A stretch of DNA of 64,000 bases from NCBI GenBank assembly GCA_964016885.1, contig OZ024749.1, positions 56,296,001 to 56,360,000 of the forward strand, in the 5' to 3' direction. Below the pieces are notes generated by a model that was not told the DNA's origin, did no database searches, and saw nothing but the letters and a program-made list of their open reading frames with translations. Source of the stretch: Eledone cirrhosa (Eukaryota). The first letter of the stretch is position 1, and each line of letters begins with the position of its first letter. Shown piece by piece: positions 1-15,067 of this stretch. The position numbers and the translations under genes were made by a program.

Positions 1-556
1 GTTTTATATTATTTTGTTGATTGTATATATATATATGTACTTATATATATATATATGTATGTATGTATATGTATATATTATATATCTATATATATATATG
101 TATGTATTTTATTTATATATATATATTGTTATTATTATATTGTAATTAATTTCTCTGTACATTCCAGCTGTTTACTGTTGAATTATGGGGGGGGGGGGGC
201 TGATGCTGAGGTGGGGAATGTCATCCATCCTCCAGCACTGATATACATACATATATACATATATACATACTTAGAGACAGGCAGACGGATAGATAGATAG
301 ATGTACATCCATACACGAACATACAACACACACACACACACACACACATACATCAATACACACACACACACACACACACATACATACATCAACACACAGA
401 CAGATAGACAGAGAGACAAGATAACTTCCTTCAAGGTATTTCAAATAACAAGAACAGATATGAGGCTATGTCATCCACCAACAAATCTACCATCTCTTTG
501 TCTTTGTAAAATGAAATATATGAATATATATATGCATTTATATACATATATATATA

Positions 557-838
557 TCATCACCGTTTTACGTCCGTTCTTCCACGCTAGCATGGGTTAG
601 ACGGGTTGTCCTGTTGTGGGCAGTGTCCGGTCGGCTGACTATGCCTTGCTCATACGGGAACTGATTCTGGCTTGATTTCTACAGCTGGATGCCCTTCCTA
701 ACACCAACCTCATTTACAGTGAGTGCTGGGTGCTTTTTTCTGTGGCGCCTACACGTCCACTTTACAGTGTGGGCTGGGTGCTTTTTTTGCCGTGGCACCT
801 CCACGACCACTTTGCAGTGGGAGGGCTTCGGGGCATAT
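557..838 (-). mobile_element. 5'-truncated RTE-clade LINE 3' UTR fragment (same family as 46903-47277)
   Basis: The reverse complement matches 46987-47277 nearly end to end. It ends in CCCATGCTAGCGTGGAAGAACGGACGTAAAACGGTGATGAT and is flanked by (TA)n. Confidence 0.75.
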
Positions 839-1726
839 ATATATATATACACATGTACATATACCTATGCATTAATATATATATGGCTGCAAACTTGTGT
901 TCGAGCATATATATATATATATAAACACATGCACACACATATATATATACATATACACTCACATGCATATACACAGAGACACACACATACACATATAAAC
1001 CTACACATATATATATATATACATAACGCTCAGGGCCAGAGGTGTGAAATATATCTGACATAAGACTTTCAGCTAACTTTTATAAAAGTTTTCTCTCATC
1101 TTTGTTACATGTCTTGTCTTCCCCAATCAATAAGTCTAGATTAGGGCAACAGTGTCTAAGACATTTAGGGCCCAATCATCAGTATTTTACCCTTTTGGTT
1201 ACCAAGCAACGCCTGGTTCTGTCATACAAACCTGTTTGGTTTAACCTGTTGACCGCTGCGCATATATTTTATACAGCTATTTTATCGACCCTGGAAAGAT
1301 GAAATTTAAAGTTGACCTTGATGGGGTTTGAACTCAGATTGTGTTGTAATGGTATTTGTCTGACAGACACTCTAACTACTTAGACAGTCCATTGCCCTTA
1401 GTCATCACCATTCACCTTTACATGTCACAACCATCATCATCACTCATCATCATCATCATCGTCGTCATCATCATCACTCATCATCATCGTCCAGTTTAAA
1501 GTCTTCTTTCCATGTGACAATCATTGGATGTTTTGTTAGCCTCTTTCCAAGTATCTCTCCATAATGTCTGTTCCAGAGATCAGTGTATAAAATCTGGGTT
1601 AATTTGTGGCTCAACAGACAGACAGACAGACAGACAGACAAATGATAAAACTCAGAATAATTGTTGAAATAATTGTTTTTATTATATTTTTTTTTTTTGT
1701 TAATATTTTTATTTTATTTTTATATG

Positions 1727-1915
1727 AATTGGCAGTATCGGTAGATGGTCAGATGCCATGCTTTCCAGCATAGAGTTACGCCCCTTGAACGTTCTGAGTT
1801 CAAATCCGCCAAGGTTAACTTGGCCTTTCATCATTACAGGGTCGATAAAATAAAGTACCACTGGGATAATTTCTGGCCTTGTGCCAAAAGTAGAAACAAG
1901 AAGAAACAATTATTA
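1727..1915 (+). mobile_element. tRNA-derived SINE (abundant family in this window)
   Basis: A-box-like TGGCAGTATCGG, B-box-like GAGTTCAAATCC, conserved middle GCCTTTCATC..GGGTCGATAAAATAAAGTACCA and an ATT-rich tail. More than 10 dispersed copies occur in the window. Confidence 0.85.
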
Positions 1916-2067
1916 TATCATTTTTTTTTAATAATTTATTTATAATTGGTTTTCAGTTATGAAAGAAATTAACAGGTAACATTTTATGATAAAATATAAG
2001 AAAGTCCATTGGATAATATGATACAATGAAACAGAATGTTTGGTTCTCTGGGAGAATACCTAGACCG

Positions 2068-2284
2068 CCTTTAAACCAGCCGTATCTAGCCAGAATTCTC
2101 TCACCGCTTTCTGTTCAAACCAGCTATAACCGGCCACTCATAGTGATGTTAAGGTATTGTTCTCAAAATAAATAACATCAAAATCTCATAGATTCAATAT
2201 TATGTGAGATAATTATGTGAGGTAAAGACTTTACCATGAAAATACAATAGTATATATAGAGTAATGTAAATGGTAAAGATTTAA
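2068..2284. mobile_element. Degenerate copy of piggyBac-type MITE (inverted relative to 8959-9191)
   Basis: The reverse complement aligns by eye over ~210 bp with 8959-9191. Confidence 0.65.
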
Positions 2285-2926
2285 TTTACCAAACAAATGG
2301 ATAAAAAGAGAAAATGCTAACAAAACCAATGATACATATTGTCAATTTTTGTAGATGAGATTCTGTAAAATCTTGTGCTTACACTTAGGGCCAGAGTAAA
2401 GCCTTTTAAAATGAGCAGTTGTGTATCATAAAATCACGACTGTTTCAGGTAGGCTGGTAGCTGGTATCAAAAGTGTTAATAATTTCCTAAGTGACAAACA
2501 TAAACAAAAAGAAATGTCTCTCAGATTCCAAGGATTGCTAAGGAGAGAGAGAGAGAGAGATGCAGGATGCTATCAAAAGGGTTCATTATGATGTCTTGGT
2601 TTATTAACTCAAGCATTCCAATACACACTTTACCATGAAAGTATATATGTGCGTGAGTCAGAGAGAGACTGAGAGATAGTGAGAGAGAGTTAGTGAGAGA
2701 GAGTTAGTGAGAGAGAGATAGTGAGACAGACAGGGGGTGAGAGCGACTGGGTGTGAGAGAGAGACAGTGAGAGAGAGGTGGGGAGTAGGTGGGAAAAAGA
2801 TTGACTGTGTGAGTAAATGAATGACATACAACAATTCCCCATGAATGAGTTCATACAACAGAAATGTAATGACCCAGTCAAGGTAATATGTTTCCAGTAT
2901 GGCACAGTAAAAGGTGTTGTCTAATA

Positions 2927-3028
2927 CTATTTCATTCGAACATTTGTTGCTGCAGGTGGTGGTCTTTCTTTCTCCTGTTGATACTCCATTGATACTTTAG
3001 CTTGCACCTTCTTCCAGTCCACTTCAAT
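2927..3028 (-). CDS. IFT80: Intraflagellar transport protein 80, terminal coding exon
   Basis: The minus strand has a polypyrimidine tract and acceptor (TTTTTTCTCTCTGTAG, AG at 3030-3029), then encodes IEVDWKKVQAKVSMEYQQEKERPPPAATNVRMK*. This matches the remembered IFT80 C-terminus (IDWEKIKAKIEME..KER) and joins in phase 0 with the exon at 56358-56481. Confidence 0.9.
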   Translation of the reverse strand: MEVDWKKVQAKVSMEYQQEKERPPPAATNVRMK

Positions 3029-3094
3029 CTACAGAGAGAAAAAACAGAGAACAGGAAAGAAATGAGAGTAATAAGCAAAATAAACATGAAACCT

Positions 3095-3930
3095 AAATTG
3101 TTGGCCTTGTACCTATATCAAAAACTATTATATTCCATTACTTAAGGGGCAGTGGATTGGCATAATTGGTAGAGCATTGGATAACATGCTTTACCTTTCA
3201 TCCGTACAGGATCAATAAAATAAAATAAAGTACCAGTAATGCACTGGGGTCAATTTAATCAACTTTCTCCTCTCTACCCACCTCCACCAAATTGTTGGCC
3301 TTGTACCTAAATTAGAAACCATTATATTCCATTACTTAAGGGGCAGTAGATTGGCAGAATCGGTAGAGCATCGGATAACATGCTTTGCAGCATAGAGTTA
3401 CGGCCCTTTACGTTCTGAGTTCAAATCATGTCGAGGTTAACTTTGCCTTCCATCCTTACAGGGTCAGTAAAATAAAGCACAAGTAATACACTGGGGTAAT
3501 TGCTGGCCTTGTGCCAAAACAATTATATTCCACTACTTAAGAACATTATATTATTAGACTGGCGGTGGATTGGCAGTATCGGTAGAGGGTCGGACGCCAT
3601 GCTTTCTAGCATAGTTACGTCCCTTTACAGTCTGAGTTCAAATCCCGCCGAGGTTAACTTTGCCTTTCATCCTTACGGGGTCGATAAAATAAAGTACCAG
3701 TAATGTACTGGGTAATTGCTGGCCTTGTGCCTAAAGTAGAAACAATTATATTATTAGACTTCTAGTAATTGGTAGAATCAGTAGAGCATCAGACAACATG
3801 CTTTACCTTTCATCCTTATGGGATCGATAAAATAAAGTACCAGTAATGCACTGGGGTTGATTTAATCAACTTTCTCCTCCTCCCTTAAAAACAATTGTTG
3901 GTCTTGTACCTAAACCAGAATCCATCATTG
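3095..3930 (+). mobile_element. Tandem stack of 4-5 tRNA-SINE copies (full and internally deleted)
   Basis: Successive SINE heads at ~3146, ~3340, ~3561 and ~3765, separated by repeated spacers (TATTCCATTACTTAAG, ATTATATTATTAGACT). Confidence 0.85.
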
Positions 3931-4470
3931 AAGATTTACAATAGTTTTCAGTTTCCCACTTGCAGGAATAATTCTAGGATTAGAAAACTTGGAAAACATT
4001 CGGCAATAAAGAAAATCAAAAATATATTTAAAGAAATCTGAGAAAATTACAGAAACTTATTTCAACATGTGAAATATATTTCATGAAATTTTATGTTTGT
4101 GTGTGTATACATATCTCTGTGTGTATGTATCTGTGTATGTGTATATATATATCTGTGTATATGTATATCTGTTTGTGTGTATATATATATATATCTGTGT
4201 GTGTATATGTATATCTCTGTGCGTGTCTATGTTTATCTCTGTGTGCGTATATGAATCTGATGTATCTGTGCATAAGAATGCATATGTATATGCGTATGTA
4301 TATGCAAGAGTCTATATATCCAAGAGCATGATATATCATATGTCTGCGTGTGTATATGTATAGGTGTGTGTTAGAATATATATACATATATATGTATGTG
4401 TATGTATTTGTGAGTGTCTATACGTGTCTGAGAGAGATTCTGCTATATGTAATGATATTATTATCATTAC

Positions 4471-4503
<33 letters not shown>

Positions 4504-5084
4504 ACGTATTTTCATTTTAGACTTCCAGTAATTTAAAAGATATTTTAATAAAGCTTGTTTACTTGTGAACGGATTTATCAAAACTTGCATATACTGACCA
4601 TATTCTAAACTTCAGATGTCTGTGTATTTCTATGTGTATATGTGTAAGTGTATGCATGTGTATGTGTGTGTGTGCATGTGAGTGCGTGTGTGTGTGTGTG
4701 CAAGTGAGTGCGTGTGTATGTGTGTGCATGTGAGTGGGTGTGTGTACGTGTGAGTACGTGAGTATTGACATAACATTTTATAACTTCAGGGGATTTTATG
4801 TTTATTATTGATAAATCAAAACTTATTATAAAACATAAATGACAAAATAAATTTAATTTCATTGCGACGATAACAACAACAGCAATAATAATAAAAACAA
4901 TAATGATAATAATAATAATCTGAAATAAAACTATTACATGATATTAATTCGAATTTGAGACAAAAGGTAAAAAAAATTAAAAGAAATCTAGTAATTCCAA
5001 AAGACAATATAACCAGCATAATGTTGTATATATAAACCACTGAGAGAAACATGAAAACACACACACATCTATCTATCTTTATAA

Positions 5085-5271
5085 CAAAGGAATTGTGGTA
5101 AGGAACCAGATGGACCATAACGCACCATAGTACTCAATACTTAGGGTAGTAGAGTGGGTAATAGGAAAAAGTATGACCCCGACGACAGAGCTCAAGCCGT
5201 TTCGACGGCTATTTCTGAAATAGCCGTCGAAACGGCTTGAGCTCTGCCGTCGGGGTCATACTTTTTCCTAT
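5085..5271 (+). repeat. Short hairpin-ended element (55-bp arms, 1-nt loop), probably a Penelope-like terminus
   Basis: 5161-5215 is the reverse complement of 5217-5271 with one mismatch. The preceding GTACTCAATACTTAGGGTAGTAGAGT segment recurs at 6240, 32690 (inverted) and 62850 (inverted). Confidence 0.7.
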
Positions 5272-5579
5272 CTATATATATATATATATATCATCATCAT
5301 CAATATATATATAGAGAGAGAGATATATAAAGAGAGAGAGAGAGATAAATGTGTATATAAACCCATATACAATATATTTCTGTATAATAACCACACATTT
5401 TAGTGTTATTGTAAGTATTTTAACACTTTTAATACTAACCAGTCCAAAACTGCCTCAGCTTTTATGAAACAAAACCATCACCAATTTTAAAGGGTTTCTA
5501 TTTATGTTAAAATCCTCAAACATAATTTTACTTTTGCTAAGTTATATTACAAATACCATCTTAATAATGAACTAATTAA

Positions 5580-5770
5580 TAATTGTTTCTACTTTTGGCA
5601 CAAGGCCAGCAATTACCCAGTGCATTACTGGTACTTTATTTTATCGACCCCGTAAGGATGAAAGGCAAAGTTAACCTCGGCGGGATTTGAACTCAGAATG
5701 GCAAGTGCCGTAACTCTATACGTCAAAGCATGGCGTCCGACCCTCTACCGATACTGCCAATCCACCGCCC
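5580..5770 (-). mobile_element. tRNA-derived SINE, full length
   Basis: Reverse complement of the 1727/3561 family. AATGAACTAATTAATAAT occurs on both sides (TSD-like). Confidence 0.85.
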
Positions 5771-6199
5771 TTGAACTAATGAACTAATGAACTAATTAAT
5801 AATGGACTAATGAACTAATGAACTAATGAACTAATTAATAATGGTTTCTAATTTAGGTACAAGGCAAACAATTTGGGGGGAACAGAAAGTCAATTAAAAT
5901 GACCCCGTGCTTTAGCTGGTTTAGTTGCCAACCACCCAACTATGAAGCAGGTTATACTAGGTTACATGTAACCAGTAGCAGGCTGAAGCCTTACCTGACT
6001 CTGACTTGCTCTGGTGAGGTTGCCAGTTTAGTCATCGACCACTCGACTATGAAGCAGGTTATACTGGGTTACATGGTACCTGATTAAAATCAATATTATC
6101 CATGTGTATGTATTTCCATTTTTTTTTAAATGGTAGAGCATGATTTGAAGGAGATTTAGCTGCTAATTCCACCAGATTAAGCAACTATATATATATCAG

Positions 6200-6387
6200 G
6201 ACAGAACCAGTTTAAAACTAGTTAGATCAATACTCAACAGAATACTCAATACTTGGTGTAGTAGAGTATGGCTATATCATAAAGAGCCAGGTGCCAATCG
6301 TTGAGCTTTTGCCGTTTCAACAACAAGTTCCAGAACTATCTATTGAAAACGCCAGGACTCAGCCGTCAAGACCTCACTCTTTATAAT
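6200..6387 (+). repeat. Degenerate relative of the 5085 hairpin element
   Basis: TACTCAATACTTGGTGTAGTAGAGT motif followed by an imperfect inverted repeat ATAAAGAG...CTCTTTAT, within (TA)n. Confidence 0.55.
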
Positions 6388-6409
6388 ACATACACATATA
6401 TATATATAT

Positions 6410-7136
6410 AAGCACAGCACAGCTCCCATGACTTTTTGAAACATTTTTTCATGCCCAGAGTTGCTGAAGCATGGAACAAACTACTTGCATCAGTTATTAG
6501 CTGTCAGGACACTGCATCCTTTAAAACCTCCATGGAACAAACTACCTGCATCAGTTGTTAGCTGTCAGGACACTGCATCCTTTAAAACCTCCATGGAACA
6601 AACTACTTGCATCAGTTGTTAGCTGTCAGGACACTGCATCCTTTAAAACCTCCATGGAACAAACTACCTGCATCAGTTGTTAGCTGTCAGGACACTGCAT
6701 CCTTTAAAACCTCCATGGAACAAACTACCTGCATCAGTTGTTAGCTGTCAGGACACTGCATCCTTTAAAACCTCCATGGAACAAACTACCTGCATCAGTT
6801 GTTAGCTGTCAGGACACTGCATCCTTTAAAACCTCCATGGAACAAACTACCTGCATCAGTTGTTAGCTGTCAGGACACTGCATCCTTTAAAACCTCCATG
6901 GAACAAACTACTTGCATCAGTTGTTAGCTGTCGAGACACTGCATCCTTTAAAACCTCCATGCTTCCTGAGATTTGCCAACACTACACCTAATATTCCCCC
7001 TCCATACACACTCACACGTGTATATATCATGACTCATACACTATTCACTTCCCTGACATTTGTATATTATTCTATCTACTATACATGCACCTTTGATGAG
7101 TTGTAGTGCACCTGAGCACTGTACACAATTTCATTA
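6410..7136 (+). mobile_element. CR1-like LINE 3' fragment with internal tandem expansion
   Basis: Encodes ..FF..RVAEAWNKL.ASVISC.DTASFKTSM, a CR1-type ORF2 C-terminal motif. The 3' UTR matches the inverted copy at 52280-52705. Confidence 0.75.
6470..6957 (+). repeat. 61-bp tandem repeat x8 derived from LINE coding sequence
   Basis: Unit CATGGAACAAACTACCTGCATCAGTTGTTAGCTGTCAGGACACTGCATCCTTTAAAACCTC starts at 6470, 6531, 6592 ... 6897. Confidence 0.95.
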
Positions 7137-8036
7137 TAAGCAGGGAAAAGTTGACGTAAAATGATGATGATGATGATATTATTATTATATATATATACAT
7201 ATATCAACTCCCTCATTGGTGTAGACTCCCTTGTTTGCTGGTTGAACTGTTGCCAATAGGAAGTGCACAGTAAAACTTTACCAGTACAGTTCTCTCATGG
7301 TTTCCACTGTGTTGCACTGTCTCGCTATTCACTGGAGCAATGAAAAATGAAGGTAGTTTTGACTGGCTTGTATAAAATCTCTCAGCTAAGTATTATTCAG
7401 AGTATATAGTAGAGTTATTAAATCTAAGTAATAGAAGCATTTAATAATATAGTTGGTGTTAGGAGATCAATAAAGATCTTTTTATGTTTTCATCTTGTGT
7501 TTTGTTTCGGGGGTTTCATTTTTCCATAAGACTGTTATTAAATATCCTTTGCTTTCAGTGATAAAGAAAAAAACACAAAAACAGAACACAAAAACAAAAC
7601 ACAAAAACACAAAACACAAAACACAAAACACAACACACAAAACACAACACACCATATTTAATTTTAGCAGATAATAACAAAATTATTAGAGTAGAGCACA
7701 AAATCTGGTCACAATAACACAGTAGCCGGCTGCCATGATGAGTCAATAATGAGACAAACAGCTTTTATAGATTCATGGAGTTGTTGTTGTTGGTGTTGGT
7801 GGTGGTGGTGGAGAGGAGGGAGGGGTGGAGAGGGGAATAAAAGAGGCAAAAAGGGGAAATAAGTAAGTACTAGAATTTGGATATTGAAATAGTTGCGTGT
7901 AAAAAGGATGTAAGAGTGATGGAGAGGAGTGAGAAGTAGGGGGAGTAGAGAAGGGGGGTAAAAGGAAAGGAGGGAAGAACAAAGATGGAAATAGGAAGAG
8001 GAAAGAAAGAGAAATAGTTCCAACTCTGTGTGTGTA

Positions 8037-8083
<47 letters not shown>

Positions 8084-8101
8084 ATGTGTGTATGTGTGTG
8101 T

Positions 8102-8162
<61 letters not shown>

Positions 8163-8339
8163 TATATATATATATATAGGTATATAATATATATATATAT
8201 ATATAATATATATATATATACATATATATTTATATATATTAAAACTCTTTTATTCTTTTGTTGTTTTCAAGCATCATGTTGTGGCCATTCTGGACCACTG
8301 AGTTCATGCTACATATATATATATATATTTATATTTATA

Positions 8340-8372
<33 letters not shown>

Positions 8373-8375
8373 ATA

Positions 8376-8416
<41 letters not shown>

Positions 8417-8425
8417 CACATATAC

Positions 8426-8519
<94 letters not shown>

Positions 8520-8958
8520 AATCACACTTTTGAATGTCAGATGGCAATCAACTGTGCAAGCCCTGAAGGAGAAAAAATAACCCAAAGGACCTTTGGCCAT
8601 TGACGATGGCTCTTTGGGACAGTGTCGGCATAACATCTGACACAACAAAAGCATTACAAATAAATATAATAATAATTGCTTATATGTAGCTGATCTCTCG
8701 GACTTTTACAAAGTGCCGGGGGGATGAAGTTAATGTAAATGGCAGTGTCATGTGTGGAGATGTTATAAAATAGGATGAAGATGTAGCAGCCAATCGCAAC
8801 TTGTTTTCCCGCCCTTAAGGGTCTTCACCCTATTTTATAAGCCATACAACACTCTTTACAAAAATAATAAGAAGTAGAATTACAACAACCACTAAACAGA
8901 ATGTTATAATAGAGTTCATAACTGTTTTAGATGACAATCTTTTAAACTTTTGGTTTAA

Positions 8959-9191
8959 CCCTTTAGTAATTTCATTACTCTATATATACTATTGTATTTA
9001 CTATTATATTTTCATGGTAAAGGCTTTACCTCACATAATTATCTCAGATAATATTGAATCTATGAAATTTTGATATTATTTATTTTGAGAACAATACCTT
9101 AACATCAGTATAAGTGGCCGGATACAGCTAGTTTGAACAGAAAGAGGTGGGAGAACTCTGGTTGGATACGGCCAGTTGAAATGATAAAGGG
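8959..9191. mobile_element. piggyBac-type non-autonomous element (MITE)
   Basis: TTAA at 8955-8958 and 9192-9195. Imperfect TIRs CCCTTTAGTAATTTCA / TGAAATGATAAAGGG. Other copies at ~2068 and ~14298. Confidence 0.8.
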
Positions 9192-9305
9192 TTAAAATCT
9201 CAACTTTAAATCTAAAAGTCTAAATCACAAAATATTCTGAGTTGATCTGATTAAACTATTGTCGAATACATCTGGCGAAAATGTTGAACAGTAAATAGGA
9301 TTGAA

Positions 9306-10558
9306 CAGATAGCTACAGTGTTGTGAAGTAGCAGATAGCTACAGTGTTGTGAAGCAGCAGATAGCTACAGTGTTGTGAAGCAGCAGATAGCTACAGTGTT
9401 GTGAAGCAGCAGATAGCTACAGTGTTGTGAAGCAGCAGATGGCTACAGTGTTGTGAAGCAACAACAACACATAGCTACAGTGTTGTGAAGCAGCAGATAG
9501 CTACAGTGTTGTGAAGCAGCAGATAGCTACAGTGTTGTGAAGCAGCAGATAGCTACAGTGTTGTGAAGCAGCAGATAGCTACAGTGTTGTGAAGCAGCAG
9601 ATAGCTATAGTGTTGTGAAGCAGCAGATAGCTACAGTGTTGTGAAGCAGCAGATAGCTACAGTGTTGTGAAGCAGCAGATAGCTACAGTGTTGTGAAGCA
9701 GCAGATAGCTATAGTGTTGTGAAGCAGCAGATAGTTACAGTGTTGTGAAGCAGTAGATAGCTACAGTGTTGTGAAGCAACAACAACACATAGCTACAGTG
9801 TTGTGAAGCAGCAGATAGCTATAGTGTTGTGAAGCAGCAGATAGCTACAGTGTTGTGAAGCAGCAGATAGCTACAGTGTTGTGAAGCAGCAGATAGCTAC
9901 AGTGTTGTGAAGCAGCAGATAGCTACAGTGTTGTGAAGCAGCAGATAGCTATAGTGTTGTGAAGCAGCAGATAGCTACAGCGTTATGAAGCAGCAGATAG
10001 CTACAGCGTTGTGAAGCAGCAGATAGCTACAGTGTTGTGAAGCAGCAGATAGCTACAGTGTTGTGAAGCAGCAGATAGTTACAGTGTTGTGAAGCAGCAG
10101 ATAGCTACAGCGTTGTGAAGCAGCAGATAGCTACAGTGTTGTGAAGCAGCAGATAGCTATAGTGTTGTGAAGCAGCAGATAGCTACAGTGTTGTGAAGCA
10201 GCAGATAGCTATAGTGTTGTGAAGCAGCAGATAGCTACAGTGTTGTGAAGCAGCAGATAGCTATAGTGTTGTGAAGCAGCAGATAGCTACAGTGTTGTGA
10301 AGCAACAACAACACATAGCTACAGTGTTGTGAAGCAGCAGATAGCTATAGTGTTGTGAAGCAGCAGATAGCTATAGTGTTGTGAAGCAGCAGATAGCTAC
10401 AGTGTTGTGAAGCAACAACAACACATAGCTACAGTGTTGTGAAGCAGCAGATAGCTATAGTGTTGTGAAGCAGCAGATAGCTACAGTGTTGTGAAGCAGC
10501 AGATAGCTACAGTGTTGTGAAGCAACAACAACACATAGCTACAGTGTTGTGAAGCAAC
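9306..10558. repeat. 26-bp minisatellite (~47 units)
   Basis: Unit AGATAGCTACAGTGTTGTGAAGCAGC, with occasional longer variants carrying AACAACAACAC. Confidence 0.95.
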
Positions 10559-11822
10559 AATCTTAACAAAATAAGCTACAGATATGAAAGCAATTTGTCA
10601 TGGATAGATATGTCGAATATATCTAGTGCTTAACTCTCTCTCTCGTTACACTTAAGTAAACAGATGTAGATAAAATAAAGTGCCCCACCTAGAGACAAAA
10701 CTTCCGGTCTAATAGAATTCTCTTTCGTTATCTCTTAGAATATATAATATTCTAATGAGAGTGAAAGTATAAGAAATTCACTCCCTCGCTCACTTGCTAG
10801 CCAGCCAGCCAGCCTGTCAGTCAGTCAGTCTGTCGCTCGGCTGAACTGTCTGCCGTTTATAATCCAAATCTGTGGCGTTATTTATTGACATATGTCTGTA
10901 CATAGACAAAGAGTGAAAGAGCAAATTTCAAAAGCCAGCTTAGTCGCAATTCTTTTTTGTTTTCTTTTTCTTTTTCATTTTTGTATTTTTTTGTTGTTGT
11001 TTTGGTGCAACTACTGCAGACAGAATCTCTTGAACCAAAGATAAAATATGGCCGTTTGAGAGGAGGAGGTGTTGGGGTGAGAGGAAGTGTCGGATGAGAC
11101 GGATGAGAGGTGTTGGGTGTGTGTGTGTGTGTGAGAGCTTGTGGCTGGAGTGGGGTGTGGGGAAGGAAACAAAAACATTTTTTTTTTTTTTTTAGAAATT
11201 TCAAATGGCCTATGTCTGAATCTTGTGCCCAGATAGTTCTCTGAGGTCAGTCATTAGCTGAACAAAGCCATTTCACTTTGAAGTCAAAGCTTGTCACATC
11301 TGTTGCCTATAATTCAAAATCAAAGCCGTCATCAATATTCTTCCATCTATTAATAACAACTTGGAGAGGACAGTAATTGTGAACAGAACGGTGCTACTTT
11401 GGTCAAAAAAACCTTTAGATGATTTTTACAACAAAAACACCAGCGGAATATAAAATATAGAAAAACAAAAACAAATACAAAAACAAAAATAAATACAACA
11501 AAAAAACACAAAAAGAATACCAAAAACAAAATACATTCTCACTGTATTTGTAAGTAATAGAACATATGAATTTTATTATACATTTCGGAGTAAAAAACCA
11601 TCAACAATTTCTCTATCTCTATACCTCGCTGTACTTTTTTGTTTTGTGTGTGTATGTGTGAGAGTATGTGTGTGTGTATGTGTGAGGGTGTGTGTGTGTG
11701 TGTGTGTATGTGTGAGTGTGTGTGTATGTGTGTTTGTATGGGAGGGAGTATTATTTGCCTTTATCTACTTTGAAGATATTTTCTAAAACTATAACATTCA
11801 TATATATTCTCATATGTAAGTA

Positions 11823-14026
<2,204 letters not shown>

Positions 14027-14297
14027 ATGTATGTATATGAATGTTTTTTATGTGTTTTACTTAAAACAAATGCACAACGTCCCCTCGTTTATAAACGAGA
14101 ATGTAGTTTAGTAGTTTAACCCTTCCGTAATTCAAACTTTACTACATTAACTGAATTCTCTAATTATCAAAGGAATGCCCCCCCTCCCCCCACTTCAGAG
14201 TTATATGATAACAAAATAAACCGATAAAATATTTGAATGTTGTAGTTTCCTTGAAGCATTGTGTATAGTTTATAATGTAGAAAATGATATACTTTAA

Positions 14298-14374
14298 CCC
14301 TTTAACATTTACATTACTCTATATATACTATTGTATTTTCACAGTAAAGGCTTTACTTCACATAATATCTCACA
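14298..14374. mobile_element. piggyBac-type MITE left end, truncated by the gap
   Basis: TTAA CCCTTTAACATTTACATTACTCTATATATACTATTG matches the 8959 copy. Confidence 0.65.
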
Positions 14375-14574
14375 NNNNNNNNNNNNNNNNNNNNNNNNNN
14401 NNNNNNNNNNNNNNNNNNNNNNNNNNNNNNNNNNNNNNNNNNNNNNNNNNNNNNNNNNNNNNNNNNNNNNNNNNNNNNNNNNNNNNNNNNNNNNNNNNNN
14501 NNNNNNNNNNNNNNNNNNNNNNNNNNNNNNNNNNNNNNNNNNNNNNNNNNNNNNNNNNNNNNNNNNNNNNNNNN
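14375..14574. other. Assembly gap (200 N)
   Basis: Run of exactly 200 N; true size unknown. Confidence 1.
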
Positions 14575-14996
14575 GATTGCATCAGCTTTCCCACATCCCC
14601 TCTTTCTTTCTTCTTTTCATTTCACTCTCCTTCTCTCTTTCTTTCTATCTGGCTTATTTCCATTCCCCTCACTTGTCCCCCCCCCCCTCTCACCCTTTCT
14701 CCCTTTCTTTTCTGTTTCTTTGCTTCTCTTATTATTGAAATAACTTGTTATGAAGATTTTATTTAATGAAAAGAACCAATTCTTTAGAAAAGTGTTATTC
14801 TTATTTTCCGTTTTCACTATATATTTATTCTGCTAGAGTCTTTGAAGCAATTTTTATTATTATCATATTACTGTCTTATTTTTATTTAAATTCAAATGAT
14901 GATGATGATATATATATATATATTTATATATATATATATACAAATATATATATATATCATCATCATCATCATTTTACGTCCGCTCTTCCCTGCTCG

Positions 14997-15062
<66 letters not shown>

Positions 15063-15067
15063 AATAT

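Noticed and set aside
2600-2605. AATAAA on the minus strand ~320 bp after the IFT80 stop
   Set aside because: A plausible poly(A) signal, but such hexamers are frequent here and there is no transcript evidence.
3561-3650. tRNA-like A and B boxes
   Set aside because: Part of a multi-copy SINE head with no complete cloverleaf, so not called a tRNA gene.
9306-10558. Regular 26-bp repeat array resembling a CRISPR
   Set aside because: Units are contiguous with no unique spacers, there are no cas genes, and the context is eukaryotic. It is a minisatellite.
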